Below, piece by piece: positions 22,634 to 34,581 of a stretch of DNA of 64,000 nt. The position numbers were made by a program, and so were the translations under genes. How positions within the stretch are numbered: position 1 is the first letter of the stretch; each line of letters starts with the position of its first letter. The notes beneath the pieces were generated by a model. That model was not told where the DNA came from. It did not search any database and saw only the letters and a list, made by a program, of their open reading frames with translations. Source of the DNA: an uncultured Chloroflexia bacterium (GTDB taxonomy: Bacteria; Chloroflexota; Anaerolineae; CG2-30-64-16); assembly GCA_963774265.1 (NCBI GenBank), contig CAVZDU010000003.1:416001-480000 (forward strand), in the 5' to 3' direction.

Positions 22634-22792
22634 GTGCCGCAAAACCGGGGTGGACGGCGTCCCAGATTCGTGCTTGGGTGGCTTAGGGTGGTCACATGGC
22701 GGAAAAGAAAAGGTTGCCATCCCGCGACTGCGAGATGGCAACCCGGACCACCTGGTGCTGACATCGCCCGCCGGTCTGCGCCGGCCGCGGCC

Positions 22793-23212
22793 TTAGTGCA
22801 CGCTATACTGCGTCAGCGAGCCCTTCACAAACGTGTTGTTCTTCACCAGGTACACCTTGCACACCGCACCGGCCGGAACCTGCGTCAGGTACGCGGTCAT
22901 CGTCGCGTGCGGGATGGTCCCGTTGCTCGACGAGTAGACCCAGTTCACGATGTCGTCGCGCTGGTACGCGTCGGCTGGTCCCGAGGTCTTGCCCGAGAAG
23001 TAGCACGCGTTGACCATCGAGTATTCGTAGGCCACCACCGGCGTGGCGCTCACTACGGAGACGTCCACGTCGACCGACGAGCCCGCGGAAGCGGTGCCCA
23101 GTAAGGCAGTCGTTCCGGTGGCCGTGCCCACGCTCGCGGTGAGCACCGACCCGAGCACCAGGATCGCCACGACTGCGAAGAATATCGCTCGCTTCACTTC
23201 AGTCCTCCTCAT
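22793..23212 (-). CDS. Small secreted beta-rich hypothetical protein
   Basis: Signal peptide and two Cys; start overlaps the stop of the upstream gene (ATGA). Confidence 0.75.
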   Translation of the reverse strand: MRRTEVKRAIFFAVVAILVLGSVLTASVGTATGTTALLGTASAGSSVDVDVSVVSATPVVAYEYSMVNACYFSGKTSGPADAYQRDDIVNWVYSSSNGTIPHATMTAYLTQVPAGAVCKVYLVKNNTFVKGSLTQYSVH

Positions 23213-24351
23213 TGGCAGATGTTCGAGTTGGCCGCCTCACCATAGCCCAACTTCCACTTCAACGGCGTCGTGCCGGGATCGATGGTATCGGCTTCCCAGA
23301 TCGCATCGCCGATGCACTTCATGCCGTCCGAATTGACCCACACGCCCATGCCCGTGGTCGTCTGCGATTTCTTCTCGAGAACGCCGTTCAACGCGGGATC
23401 GAGATAGTCGGGGCTCTTGGAGCCGGTCGAACCCTCGATGTACCAGGGCGACGAGCAGCCGAAGTCCTTCTCCGAGTCGTGCTCATCGCTGTACTCGCCG
23501 TGGTTGACGGTTGTCTTGATGCTAACGTCCATCTTCATGCAATGGTCTTTGAACTTCGAGTAGATGTCGACGTACACCCAGCGGCTGCCGTTCGGGCCTG
23601 CCTGGAACGGCGCCAGCGCGTTCTTCAGCGTCGTGTTCATCTTCTGGAAGGCCTGGTCGATCGTGATGAGCGCGGGCGGGAACTGGGCCCAGCGCACCGT
23701 GCACGTGAGAATCGTGTCCACGAGCTTAGGGCACAGCTCAGCCAGGTTTGTCGTCGCCGAGGTGGCCGACGGGTATGGATTCGGGTAATTCAGCACTGCA
23801 ACCACCAGCCCCGGCCGCTGCGACGCCATGACGCGCGTCTGCTGCAGGATGGTGGTGTAGTTGTTCTGCAGGTTGGTCCACAGCCCCGAATTGCCCAGCA
23901 CTCCGGCCGCGCACGAGTTCGCGCCGCTGAAGTCGTGGTCCTTAGCCTTGTCGAAGCAGTCCTTGATCAGGTTGACAATCGTGCTGTTCTGCTCGCCCAG
24001 CTGCAGGGTGAGCAGGTCGGGACGCATGTTGTAGGCGCTGGACAGCCCGCCGCCCGTGATGTATGCGGACGAGGTCTGGCCGTTCTTGCCCTGGTTGTAG
24101 ACCGCCCAACCGGGCGAATTCAAGTGATCGGCGAGCAGCTTTTCCGGGTAACGGCTCGAGTCGTCGTTCAGGTCGTGCCCGGCGGGAATGTCGTCGCCGC
24201 TCGCGACGTAGATCCTGGGGCCGGCCGCGGCTTCGGCAGCCGGCGCAGGCAGCGTTATGGCCGTCCCTGCCGCCAGACTCAGCAGCATGAGGACCGCAAC
24301 CAGCCCGCCCAATCGTTCCTTAATCCTGTTGATGTTCCGCATATTTAACAC
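23209..24351 (-). CDS. Secreted SGNH/GDSL-fold protein with degenerate catalytic residues
   Basis: YVASGDD (block I), PDLLTLQLGEQN (block III), LNYPNPY, WVNSDG (block V); signal peptide. Confidence 0.7.
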   Translation of the reverse strand: MLNMRNINRIKERLGGLVAVLMLLSLAAGTAITLPAPAAEAAAGPRIYVASGDDIPAGHDLNDDSSRYPEKLLADHLNSPGWAVYNQGKNGQTSSAYITGGGLSSAYNMRPDLLTLQLGEQNSTIVNLIKDCFDKAKDHDFSGANSCAAGVLGNSGLWTNLQNNYTTILQQTRVMASQRPGLVVAVLNYPNPYPSATSATTNLAELCPKLVDTILTCTVRWAQFPPALITIDQAFQKMNTTLKNALAPFQAGPNGSRWVYVDIYSKFKDHCMKMDVSIKTTVNHGEYSDEHDSEKDFGCSSPWYIEGSTGSKSPDYLDPALNGVLEKKSQTTTGMGVWVNSDGMKCIGDAIWEADTIDPGTTPLKWKLGYGEAANSNICQ

Positions 24352-24515
24352 TCCAACTGGTGCGCCAGGAGCAAGGCTGAGGCGGCCGCATCTTGTGGCG
24401 CCGCTTCTTCCGCCTTGCCGTACGGGCGAGAAACCTGCCCCGGCAGTTGCGCCGGGGCAGGTTTGCTCGCCATGTCAGGGCGGGGAGCATGATCCTGCCC
24501 CCGCCCTGGGTAGGG

Positions 24516-27500
24516 TTACGGAACGATGTTGCTCGTATAGGTCGCCGTGTTGTTGCTGGTCGTGAACTCTGCGACCAACGCACCACTCAGCGTGCCGTCG
24601 ATATACCCGAAGATCGTGCCGCCGGACGCGCCTGCGGTCGCTGACATGTTGAAGACGGCGCCCGCGCCTGCGGCCAGGTTGCCGGTGCACTTCTGCCACT
24701 CGGCGCCCGGGACACTCACTACGCTCGTGCATGTCCAGCCGCTCGGCGCCGTCACGTTCACTGGTCCCAGGAAGTCGTAGAGCATGATCAGATCGACGGT
24801 GACGTGATCGCCTGACCCGTTGACCGTGGTCAGGTCACCCACGTTGACCAACTGGCCGGTGAACGTCTCAGTCGTGCCCGTCTTCACCGGGTCCGGCGTG
24901 CCGAGCATCTGCGCGGCCACCAGGTCGATGCAGTTGGGCGAACAGAGAGCGCCGGTCACGGTCGTCGTCTCCGACTTGTAGTTGTTGAGCTCGTCCGCCT
25001 CGACGAATTTGTCGGTCGGGTCGGCGATGGCCACCAGCGTCAGGTCCTGCGGGGCGCCGGTGACTACGGACGTGTTCACGGTGATGACGGTCGAGCCGCC
25101 GCCGAGGAACTCGCCGTTGCACGTGATGACGTTGCCCGAAGGCAGCTCGCAGTTGAAGCCGTTGGTGCCGGCCGCGGTCGTGGTGCCCAGCGAGAGGCCG
25201 GTCGGCGGCAAGATGATTTTCACCTGGGCCGGATCGCCCACAGTGCCTGCGGTGGCCGTGCCCGCGTTGGTAACAGTGAACACGTACTTCAGCGCGTTGC
25301 CCACGTTGACCGGGTCGGGCGTGTCGGCGATCGTGCTTACGATAAGATCGATACCGGTGCCGCCCACGGATGTGCTCGCGATAGCCGGGCCGTTGTTGGC
25401 CGGGTTGGTCTCGCCGGTGACGACGTTGACCGATGCCTTGTTTGCGAAGCCGTGCGTCACATCGGCGTTCACCGTGGTCACGATGGTGATCGCCTCGGAC
25501 TGGCCCTGAGTGAGGCCGCCAGTGCCCGTGCATGTCACGGTCGTGGGCGTGATGGCGCATGGCCAGCTGCTGCCGGTGGTTGCGCCGCTCACCGTCACCG
25601 CGGCAGGATTCGGCAGCGTGTCGACCACGGTGATCGTGTCCGTCGTGTCGGCCGTGCCCACATTCGAGACGTTGATGGTGTACGTCAACTGCTGCCCCGG
25701 CGTGGCCACGCTGGCGTCCGCGGTCTTGTTGATCATCAGGTCCGGCGCAGGCGGGACGACGGTCGTGATCTTGTGGACGCAGTTGTCCGTCTCGTTCTGC
25801 TCGGAAATCGTACGGTTCGGATCGACGCACGCCTCGTTGTCCAGCGTGCCGCCGTTCGCGGTCACGAACACGTGGACCGTGATGGTCACGATGTGCGTGT
25901 CGGGCGGCGTCGGGCTTGGCGCGGGCGGATCATAGCCCTCCGGCCCCATGTCGCCGAAGCAGTACACCCGGTTGACCGGGTTCTCCTGCACCTGGCACTG
26001 GAAGTTGGTCGCGTTCGCCGGCTCGGTCTTGATGTACAGCGGGATCAGGCCGACCGGCAGGTTGTCGACCACCTCGACTCCGGTTGCGGTCGCGCCGTTG
26101 CCATCGGCGTCCTCGTTGTAGACCTTGATGACGTAGTCCGCTTCCTGGTTCTGCGTCGCCTCGGTCGGGCCGTCCTTCGTCACCCTCAGGTTGATCTTCG
26201 AGCGAACCGTCGTCGGCCATTGCGACGAGTTGTTCGTCTCGTTGGACTCGGCGATGGCGTTGTCCGGGTCGATGAACGCCTGGTTGGTGATGGTCACGCT
26301 GATGTTGCCCGGGTCGAGCGCAATCGACTGGATGTCCGGCGGCGCGAGCACCTTAACGGTGATCACGCGTGTGGTCGGGACGTCGGGCGCCGGGATCAGG
26401 TCGAGCGTGCCGTCGAGCGTGCCGCCGGAACAGGTGACACTGCCCCCTGCCTGGCTGCAGCTGAAGGCGCCCGGAATGAGCGGGGTGCTGTCCGCTGCGG
26501 AGACGAACGTTGTGCCGGCAGGCAGATCGTCGCGCACCTTGACGTTGAACGCCGGGTCGGTGCCCAAGTTGGTGACGTTCAGGGCGTAGCTGATCAAGCC
26601 GCCTGGGACAACCTTTGCCGGGCCGGTCTTGGTGATCTGGAGGTCGATGTAGCCCGCGCCGACCACGACCTTCGTCGGGGCCTGCGACTGGTTGTTCGTC
26701 TCATCGCCTTCGGGGATCGTGTTGTTCGGGTCGACGATCGCGGTGTTGACGTAGTTGCCCGGCGCCGATGACGACTTCGCCTTCACGAGGACCGTGCGGG
26801 AGGTCGGCGCGCCGCTCGAGGCGATGACCGTACCGCTTAGCGTTGCGCCCGAGCAGTTGATGGTGTTGCCCGCGTCCGCCGTCGTATCGCACACGAAGGC
26901 CTGCGGGTCAGGCATGGCCGACTGGTCGACTGCGGACATAAACACGAAGCCTGCGGGCAGCGTGTCGCTGAACTTGACGTTGAAGGCAGGGTCGCTGCCG
27001 GTGTTCGCGATCACGATCTTGTAGGTCACCACGCTGCTGGTCGACACGGTGTTGCTCGCCGGGTCATCCTGCGTCTTGGTGATCGTCAGCTCGTTGAACG
27101 CGTTCTTGCCGCCGCTGCCAACAGTGCGGACCTGCGTCACGATGATCGAGTTGTTGTTGAACTCGTTGCCTTCGGGGATCGCGCCTTCCGGGTCGACGAT
27201 CGCCTGGTTCGAGTAGTCGCCGGGCGTGTTCGGCGCGAAGAGGGTCACGTCGATCGTGCGCGACTGCCCCATGGGGGCGACCAGCAGGTCGAGCGTGCCG
27301 TCGAGCGTGCCGCCCGTGCAGTCGATGTTCGGGACGGCGAAGGTGCAGTTGAAGGCATCTGGCCCGGGCACCGTGTCGACCGCCGAGATGAAGCGGGAGC
27401 CTGCGGGCACGACGTCACGCACGTGAATATTGCGCGCCGGATCGGTCGCGTCGTTGGTGACGGTCAGCGAGTACTTCAGGGTGCCGTTCGTCGCGACCGG

Positions 27501-29832
27501 CTGGGCCGCGCCCGGGATCGTCTGCGTCTTGACGATGCTCAGCTCGTTGAACGCGCTCAGGAGCGCACCGCCGTTCGTCACGGTGGTGTCCTGGGTCGCC
27601 AGGTTGTTCAGCTCGTTCGTCTCCGCGATCGTGTTGTCCGGGTCGACGCGCGCCTCGTTGTGCATGGTGCCGACGTTCGGCTGCGCAAAGACCTTGATCT
27701 TGATGGTCGCGAAGTCATCGCCGGGCGCGGGGCCGGAAGCACCCGGCGCGAGGTAGAACTCGCTCTCGGTGCCGAGCAGGTGGCCCCCGACGCAGGTGAC
27801 GACGCCGCCGGTGGCCGCGCCGTCAGACGCGCAGGTGAACCCGCGGTCGCCCGACACGGAGATGAACCGGGTGCCGGAGGGCAGGGTGTCGACCACCTTG
27901 ATGCCCGTGACGTCCTGCGTGCCCACGTTGTCGACGGTCAGCACGTACGTCTCGGTGCCGTTCGTGGCGATCGGGTCGAAGCCGCCGGGCACGATCTGCG
28001 CGCCGGGCGGGTCGGACGGACTATCTCGCTTGTCGATAACAAGGTCGATGCCGGTCGCCACCGTCGTGCCCTGGGTGAACGTGTTGTTGGTCTCGTCCGC
28101 TTCGTAGATCGCATTGTTCGGGTCGACCGTCACCGTGTTCGAGATCACGCCCACGGTGGGCGGCGCGGCGACCATGAACGTGATGTTCCTGATCGACTCC
28201 GCCAGGATCGTGCCGCCGCTGCAGGTGACGACGTTGGACGCGTCCACCGCGCACACGAAACCCGCATCGGTGCTGTAGCTGTCGAAAATCAGGCCGGCGG
28301 GCAGCGGGTCGCGGACGACGACGCCGGTCGCGTTCTGGATGCCGCTGTTACCCACGACAAAGGTGTAGGTCAGGCCGCCCTGACACACGGGCGTGCCCAA
28401 CAGCGTCGGTATGCTGCCGCTGCCCGCGAGCTTGCCCTGGGGCGGATTCGCCAGGCGATCCGCCGGCTGGGGCCATGAGGCCGCGCACACCGGATCGGGC
28501 GCATCGCTCTTGGTGATCGTCAGGTCGACCGCGGGCTTGACGGTGGTCAGGGCCGTCGCCGTGGCCGACACGCCGACATTCTTGATATTCGCGGTGCCGG
28601 TCGCCGTGTTCAGGATCGTCGAGCCGGCCGACGCGATGACCTGGCCCTTGAGGCTGACCGTTAGCGTTCCGCCTGCGTTGAGCGAGCGGATCGAGCACTG
28701 CACCTGCGGCGCGTTGACGACACAGCCGCCGGTGGTGCCGACCGTGCCGTTGACGACGGTCTGGCTGGCCGTGATGCTCGCTGCTTCCAGGCCCTGCGTG
28801 CCGTCAACCATCACGACGTCGTCGGCGCGGCTCGTCGCGATGTTCTTGATGACGATCGTGTAGCTCAGGATGGCTCCCGGTGTGACCGGGTCCGGCGAGT
28901 CGGTCTTGGTGATCGTGATGCCCTGCGGCGCGGGGCCCGTGGTCACCGACGTCGACACGGTCGCCGAGGTGTTGTTGAGCTCATTGCTTTCCGGAATCGT
29001 GTTGTTCGGGTCGACCACGGCGGTATTCGCCATGTTGCCCGCCGCTCCGGGCGCGGTCGCGTCAATCGTAATGGTCGCGTTCGAGCCCGCGTTCACCGCG
29101 CCGCCGTCACAAGTGACGGTGACCGGCGAGCCGGCCGACGTGCAGGTGAAGAGGCTGGTGCCGTTCGCGCCCACAAAGGCCATGCCCGCGGGCAGCGTGT
29201 CGACCACGCGCACGTTCAGTCGCGTTGGCGGCGCCCGTGTTGTTCACGGTCAGGATGTATGACATGGGGCTGCTCAGCACTACGCTGGCGGGGCCGGTCT
29301 TGGTGATCGAGAGGTCCGCGAGCGAAGAGCCGCTCGTGTTTTGAACCAGCGTCGACACACTGGCCGTCGTGGTGAAGTTTTGGGCCGATCTCGTGCCGGT
29401 AACGGACGCCGTGTTGTTGAGGCTGGTCCCGTTGGCAGCGGTAACAAGGCCGCGGATGGTGATCGTAACGCCAGCGCCGCCGCTCATGCTGCCGATGTTA
29501 CAGGTAACCTTGAGGCTGCTCTGCGTACAACTGCCTTGGGAACTGGTCAATTGCAGTTGGGGCGGGGTGCCCAATCCCGCGACGCCGTTCACCTGGTCGG
29601 TCATGACAACGTTGGTGACCTTGGCGCCACCCGTGTTGACGATCGTGATGGTGTAGGTGATCTGGGCCCCGGAGGCGACCGGGCTGGGATTCGCGGTCTT
29701 GGTGACCGTCAATGGGCTGACGGGATCCGCCAGCGCGACCGATACGGGGCTCATACTGGCGAGGACCAGTGCGAGAATCAGCACCGACGCCCACCGCCGG
29801 CGGAGGAATTGAGAGAACTCGGGCCACTTCAT
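24516..29832 (-). CDS. Giant secreted DUF11-repeat protein (~1770 aa, 12 Ig-like domains; one frameshift near 29215)
   Basis: Repeated DLxITKT..PV..G..xTYTxTVxNxG and VDPxNxIxExNExNN motifs; signal peptide; ORFs 29107-29832 and 24516-29213 join. Confidence 0.88.
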
Positions 29833-30497
29833 CCTGTTACTCCCTTTCTATCCTGTCCTGCTTGTTGAGATACACTGAAGCCTGCCTCTATATCTGCTTG
29901 ACCGACCGCCCCATCGCGGCTCAGGTCATTCAACCGTCTGTCACCGACCGGGCGACAATAAGTGGTGTACTTATGACCTCCTGGTTGTCATTTCGAGGCT
30001 GGCAAATTGGCGGGGCGCTGCTGACGCCGGCGTGGGCTCGATACTCGCGATACGTGGCGTCATGCGCGTGAGGCACGTTCTTACGCTTTGTGAACAGTGT
30101 GGCGAATCATCGTGTAGGGCATCGTGAACTCCTATCTTGGCCGATGCTGATGACAGTCTAGTGCCGACGGCGATTCAGTCATGTAGCACAGTCTACAATT
30201 GCTACTTTATTGTTCAGATATAGTACAGCTAATATATTAAATTTGAAACACACATGTGCCAACCCTACTTTGCTTGTGCGGCGCCCCTCCCCCCGGTGAT
30301 GATCGGGCCCGACACTCGCCAAGGACGGCCGAATGTCATCTAGCGGTGGACGAGACCGGTCGCCAGCTTCTGGGCGCGGCCATATGGAGTGAGTGGGCAG
30401 TCGAGCCAGAAAACTGGCTGTTTGAGTGGTTCGTGCCAGTGCGGTATATGGTACAATGGAGCCAATGTTTCCGTTCTTCAACTCGTGAGGTTGGCTG

Positions 30498-31001
30498 ATG
30501 CCTGGGATCGACATCCAAAGTCTCCAACGACGTATAGAAGCTATCGTCAACGCGCAAGGTCAGGTGCGGCTGGTATACCTCTTCGGATCGCAAGTCGGCG
30601 GAGAGATCGGGCCGCTCAGCGATGTTGACCTGGGTGTGCTGCTTGCACGCGACGCGCCGGTGGCGCGTATCCGCGCGCAATTGGCGCATCTCTTGTCCGC
30701 GGCCTTGGGTGGGAATTCCGTCGATTTGATCATCCTCAACCAGGCGCCGATCGAGTTGGCCTACGCCGTCATTGCGCAAGGCAAGATCATCTATCAGCGT
30801 GATCGCGCAGAACGGGTTGAGTATGAGGCAGATGTCATGAGCCGTTACGGGGATTATCTGCCGTTCTTGCGGGCACAGCGCCAGGATATCCTGGAAGGAG
30901 CGGGAGATGAACGTCGAGTTCAGCGGTATCGAGAGGCGCTTGGACGAACTCAGCGAGCGCTTGGCACGCCTGGCGCCCCTGTGCGACCGACCACAAGCTG
31001 A
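30498..31001 (+). CDS. mntA: MNT antitoxin (type VII TA adenylyltransferase)
   Basis: LFGS-x10-DVD motif; VDLIILN; overlaps the HEPN gene. Confidence 0.9.
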   Translation: MPGIDIQSLQRRIEAIVNAQGQVRLVYLFGSQVGGEIGPLSDVDLGVLLARDAPVARIRAQLAHLLSAALGGNSVDLIILNQAPIELAYAVIAQGKIIYQRDRAERVEYEADVMSRYGDYLPFLRAQRQDILEGAGDERRVQRYREALGRTQRALGTPGAPVRPTTS

Positions 31002-31332
31002 TTTTAGCAGCGACCCCTACTTGCGAGATATCGTCGAGCGCAATCTTGAAGTTGCTGCGCAATGCTGCATCGATATTTGTCACCGCATCATCGCGCTCGA
31101 AGGCGCCCAGAAGCCGCGCGACTACCACGAGGCGATCTTGCGCATGGGAGAGCTGGGTGTCCTGCCGCCTGACTTCGCCGAGCAGCTTGCCCCAATCGCC
31201 GGGTTTCGCAATATCCTGATTCACGAGTATCTGGCTGTGGACTGGGATGAAGTGTATGATAACCTGACGAATCTGGATGACCTCTCTCGTTTTGCGGCGC
31301 TTATCCGCGCCTGGTTGGCCAGCCAGGGGTAG
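30907..31332 (+). CDS. hepT: HEPN (DUF86) RNase toxin
   Basis: FRNILIHEY = RX4HXY; ERNLEV..CCIDI. Confidence 0.9.
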   Translation: MNVEFSGIERRLDELSERLARLAPLCDRPQADFSSDPYLRDIVERNLEVAAQCCIDICHRIIALEGAQKPRDYHEAILRMGELGVLPPDFAEQLAPIAGFRNILIHEYLAVDWDEVYDNLTNLDDLSRFAALIRAWLASQG

Positions 31333-31389
31333 ACGACAATCCAGACCTGATCACCAACGCCGACCTGGGCCTGACCCTGGTGCGCGACT

Positions 31390-31724
31390 TCGGGCGCTTG
31401 AGGAAGCCTGGCGCAAGGGCAACATAGATGCATTGGGGGAGGTCTATGCCGCCGGCTGCGTTGTTCACAAGCCGCCATATCCCGACCTCAACGGACTGGA
31501 GGCGAACAAACAATACGTTGCGGTTCATCGCCTTCCGGTGCACCTTTCGCATGAAACACACGAACGTTTCGCCGGTCGTCCCTGGCCCGCCCACCAGCAG
31601 AGAAGTGACCTTACAGGGCTGTGGTGTCGTTCACATCAAGGACGACAAGATCATTGAAGAGTGGGCCTATTCGGATTTCCTGGGCTTTCTGCAGCAGCTT
31701 GGCGTCCTGCCGCCGCTGGGATAG
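31390..31724 (+). pseudogene. SnoaL-like ester cyclase remnant (internal deletion/frameshift)
   Basis: EEAWRKGNIDALGEVYA..VVH in one frame; FRMKHT...PPTSREVTLQG...KIIEEW..DFLGFLQQLG in another. Confidence 0.65.
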
Positions 31725-31779
31725 CGACAGGGTCAGCTAGCAAGGAGTTGGTGCCGAGCAAAAGCCTGAGATGGAGCAG

Positions 31780-31890
31780 GTCTGCGCTGCTATTGGTCAA
31801 CTTAAGCAGTATTCAGGAGCACCTGGCGACCGGCAGCCTCATCGCGTTTGAGCAGCAGCGTATCCGAGTGCGTTCGCTGCCATTTGCCTC
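31780..31890 (+). pseudogene. C-terminal remnant of a DUF5615 PIN-like protein
   Basis: ALLLVNLSSIQEHLATGSLIAFEQQRIRVRSLP resembles the LxxGSxxxxExxRIRxRxLP C-terminus of that family. Confidence 0.5.
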
Positions 31891-32200
31891 GCGTCCCGAC
31901 TCCACCTAAGCCGCAGACTGGTTCCGGTCCAGTGCCGAGGACTCCGAGTTCTGGTTTTCCGTTCGCCTGTGATCGTTCCTTGTACGCGCCGCGAATGCTT
32001 CTGGCTGCCCCGGCATCACCTTTGAACAGTCGGTGGTCGGCGGGCATGACTTCGCTGCTATCAACGGGCAGGAATAAACTCGAAAACAACAGTTTGGCCT
32101 TTACTGTGACAAGATCGTGGAAGGACGGAAGCGGGCTCTTGACTGGATGCTGGAGCAGATTCCATTCCTTAAAGATTTCACAAGCTGCGAAATTGGGGGA

Positions 32201-32268
32201 TTGACAAGCGTCAGGAATCGTAGTATACATTGTTTAATCGCTTAAATAAGCGCTTAATCAAGCGATTA
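32201..32268 (+). promoter_or_regulatory. Promoter with a triple LacI-type operator
   Basis: TTGACA at 32201; TAATCGCTTA, TAAGCGCTTA and CAAGCGATTA at 32235/47/59. Confidence 0.7.
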
Positions 32269-32420
32269 CCTCGGAATACGACAGATAACGCACTCGCAAA
32301 GTTCTAACTGTCATCGTAATCCAGAGTAAAGGAGGTGCTCACAGCGAACCACTACAGTAGAGCAAACTCGGCCGTATTACCCGTAAGTTCACCCCTACAA
32401 TCTGGAGGAAAGAGGATCAC

Positions 32421-33499
32421 ATGTCGTACAAGCTCATCATCCCGTTGTTCCTGATCGTCATGCTGCTGGCCGCCTGCGGCGGCGCAGCCCCGACCACCGC
32501 TCCTGCGGCACCTGCTGCCGCTACCGCCGCCCCTGCTGCTGCAGCCGCAAAGCCGGCCGCTGGGGAACCCGATTATCGTCGGCCTGATCACCAAGACCGA
32601 GACCAACCCGTTCTTCGTCAAGATGAAGGAAGGCGCTCAGGCCAAGGCCGACGAATTGGGCGTCAAGTTGATGACCGGCGCCGGCGCCAAAGACGGCGAC
32701 AACGAAGGCCAGGTGACGGCGCTCGAGAACATGGTCAACGCCGGGGCCAAGGGCATCCTCATCACCCCCAGCGACACCAAGGCGATCGTGCCGAGCATCC
32801 AGAAAGCGCGCGATAAGGGCGTGGTCGTGATCGCGCTGGACACCGCGACCGAGCCGCAGAGCGCGGTTGACGCCCTGTTCGCGACCAACAACTTCAACGC
32901 CGGCCTGCTGATCGGCCAGTGGGCCAAGGCGGCCATGGGCGGCAAGAAGCCCGTCATCGCCACGCTCGATCTGCAGCCCGGCATCACCGTCGGCGCGCAG
33001 CGCCACAACGGGTTCCTGCAGGGCTATCGGCCTGGCGCACGGCGGACCCGAACTCGTCCGACCTCGTCACCTCCGCCGAAGTGGTTTGCTGCCAGGACAC
33101 CCACGGCGACCAGACCGAAGGCCAGACCGCCATGGAGAACTGCCTGAGCAAGAACCCTGACATCAACCTGGTTTACACCATCAACGAACCGGCTGCCTTC
33201 GGCGCTTACCAGGCCATCAAGGCCGCGGGCAAGGAGAAAGACATCACCATCGTGTCCGTCGACGGCGGCTGCCGCGGCGTGCAGGGGTCGTCGATGGCCA
33301 GATTGCGGCCACTTCGCAACAGTACCCGCTGAAGATGGCCTCGATGGGCGTGGAAGCACTGGTCAAGTTTGCCCAGACCGGCGAGAAGCCGTCCGGCTAC
33401 ACCGATACCGGCGTCACGCTCATCACTGACAAGCCGCAGGCGGGCGTGGACAGCAAGGACTCCAAGTATGGCGCGGCGAACTGCTGGGGCGAGAAATAG
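32421..33499 (+). CDS. Sugar ABC transporter substrate-binding lipoprotein (FrcB-like; frameshifted)
   Basis: Lipobox LAAC; [19 protein letters not shown]; VYTINEPAA; SVDGGC. Confidence 0.88.
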
Positions 33500-33511
33500 C
33501 CTAAGCTGACT

Positions 33512-33550
33512 GAGTGGCGGTGAGGCTCACCCTCACCGCCACTCTCTTTT
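33512..33550 (+). terminator. Intra-operon stem-loop after the SBP gene
   Basis: GAGTGGCGGTGAGG-5 nt-CCTCACCGCCACTC followed by TCTTTT. Confidence 0.75.
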
Positions 33551-33564
33551 CAGGAGGATTACCC

Positions 33565-34560
33565 ATGAGCGCAGTCGTGAGTAAGGTCACCAAGCGTCGT
33601 TCCGGCGTTCTGAGACGTGTTGCGGGGATCGCCGATCATGGGCCCCCTTGCGGCGCTCGTGCTGGCGATTATCTTCTTTGCCACGCAAAGCGACAAGTTC
33701 CTGACTGGCGCCAATTTCTCCTTGATCATGCAGCAGGTGATGGTGGTCGGCACCCTGGCCATCGGGCAAACGTTGGTCATCTTGACCGGCGGCATCGATC
33801 TCTCCAACGGCATGATCATGGCGCTGTCCTCGGTGCTCATGACCGGCCTCGCCGTACGATCCGGGCGTCAATCCGATTCTGGCGATCTTGGTGGGCATCT
33901 GGCGTGTGTGTCGCTTTCGGTCTGTTGAACGGCGCGCTGATCACGGCCATCGGGCTGCCCGCCTTTCATCGTGACCCTGGGTACGCTACAACATTGTCTA
34001 TGCCCTGGTCCGTATCTACACCACGTCGACGATCACCAACCTGCCCGCCAGTCCTGTTGTTCTTCGGGAACACCTTCACGATCGGCGGCACCGAGATTCA
34101 CCTATGGCTCGGTGTTGATGCTCATCCTGTACGCGATCACCTGGTTCGTCTTGCGCTCGACGCCGGCCGGACGCTCCGTCTACGCCGTGGGCGATAACCC
34201 GGAGGCCGCCCGCCTGGCCGGCATCAACACCAACCGCGTGCTGATCGGGGTCTACACGATCGCCGCCTTGACTTACGGCATCGCCGGTCTGCTGCTGGTG
34301 TCCCGCACGGGCGTGGGTGACCCGCAGGCCGGCGCAAACCGGCAACCTGGACAGCATCACGGCCGTGGTGCTGGGCGGCACCAGCCTGTTGGGCGGTCGA
34401 GGCCAAATCATGGGGACGCTGATCGGCGCGCTCATCGTCGGGGTGTTCCGCAACGGCCTGCAACTGATGGGCGTCGAGTCGATCTACCAGGTGCTGATCA
34501 CCGGTATCCTGGTGATCGCTCGCGGTGTCCGTTGACTATCTCTCCCACCGGGGCAAGTAG
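33565..34560 (+). CDS. Sugar ABC permease (RbsC/FrcC-like; frameshifted)
   Basis: GQTLVILTGGIDLS; GRSVYAVGDNPEAARLAGI; [16 protein letters not shown]. Confidence 0.88.
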
Positions 34561-34581
34561 CCAGACAGGAGGCATGTCGCC

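Noticed and set aside
23212-24348. 378-aa ORF exactly antisense to the SGNH-like gene
   Set aside because: Typical high-GC shadow ORF with no recognisable motifs.
30100-30180. GCTGATGAC as a fluoride riboswitch or hammerhead core
   Set aside because: I could not find the required partner elements (GGnGATGG...CC pseudoknot or GAAA core).
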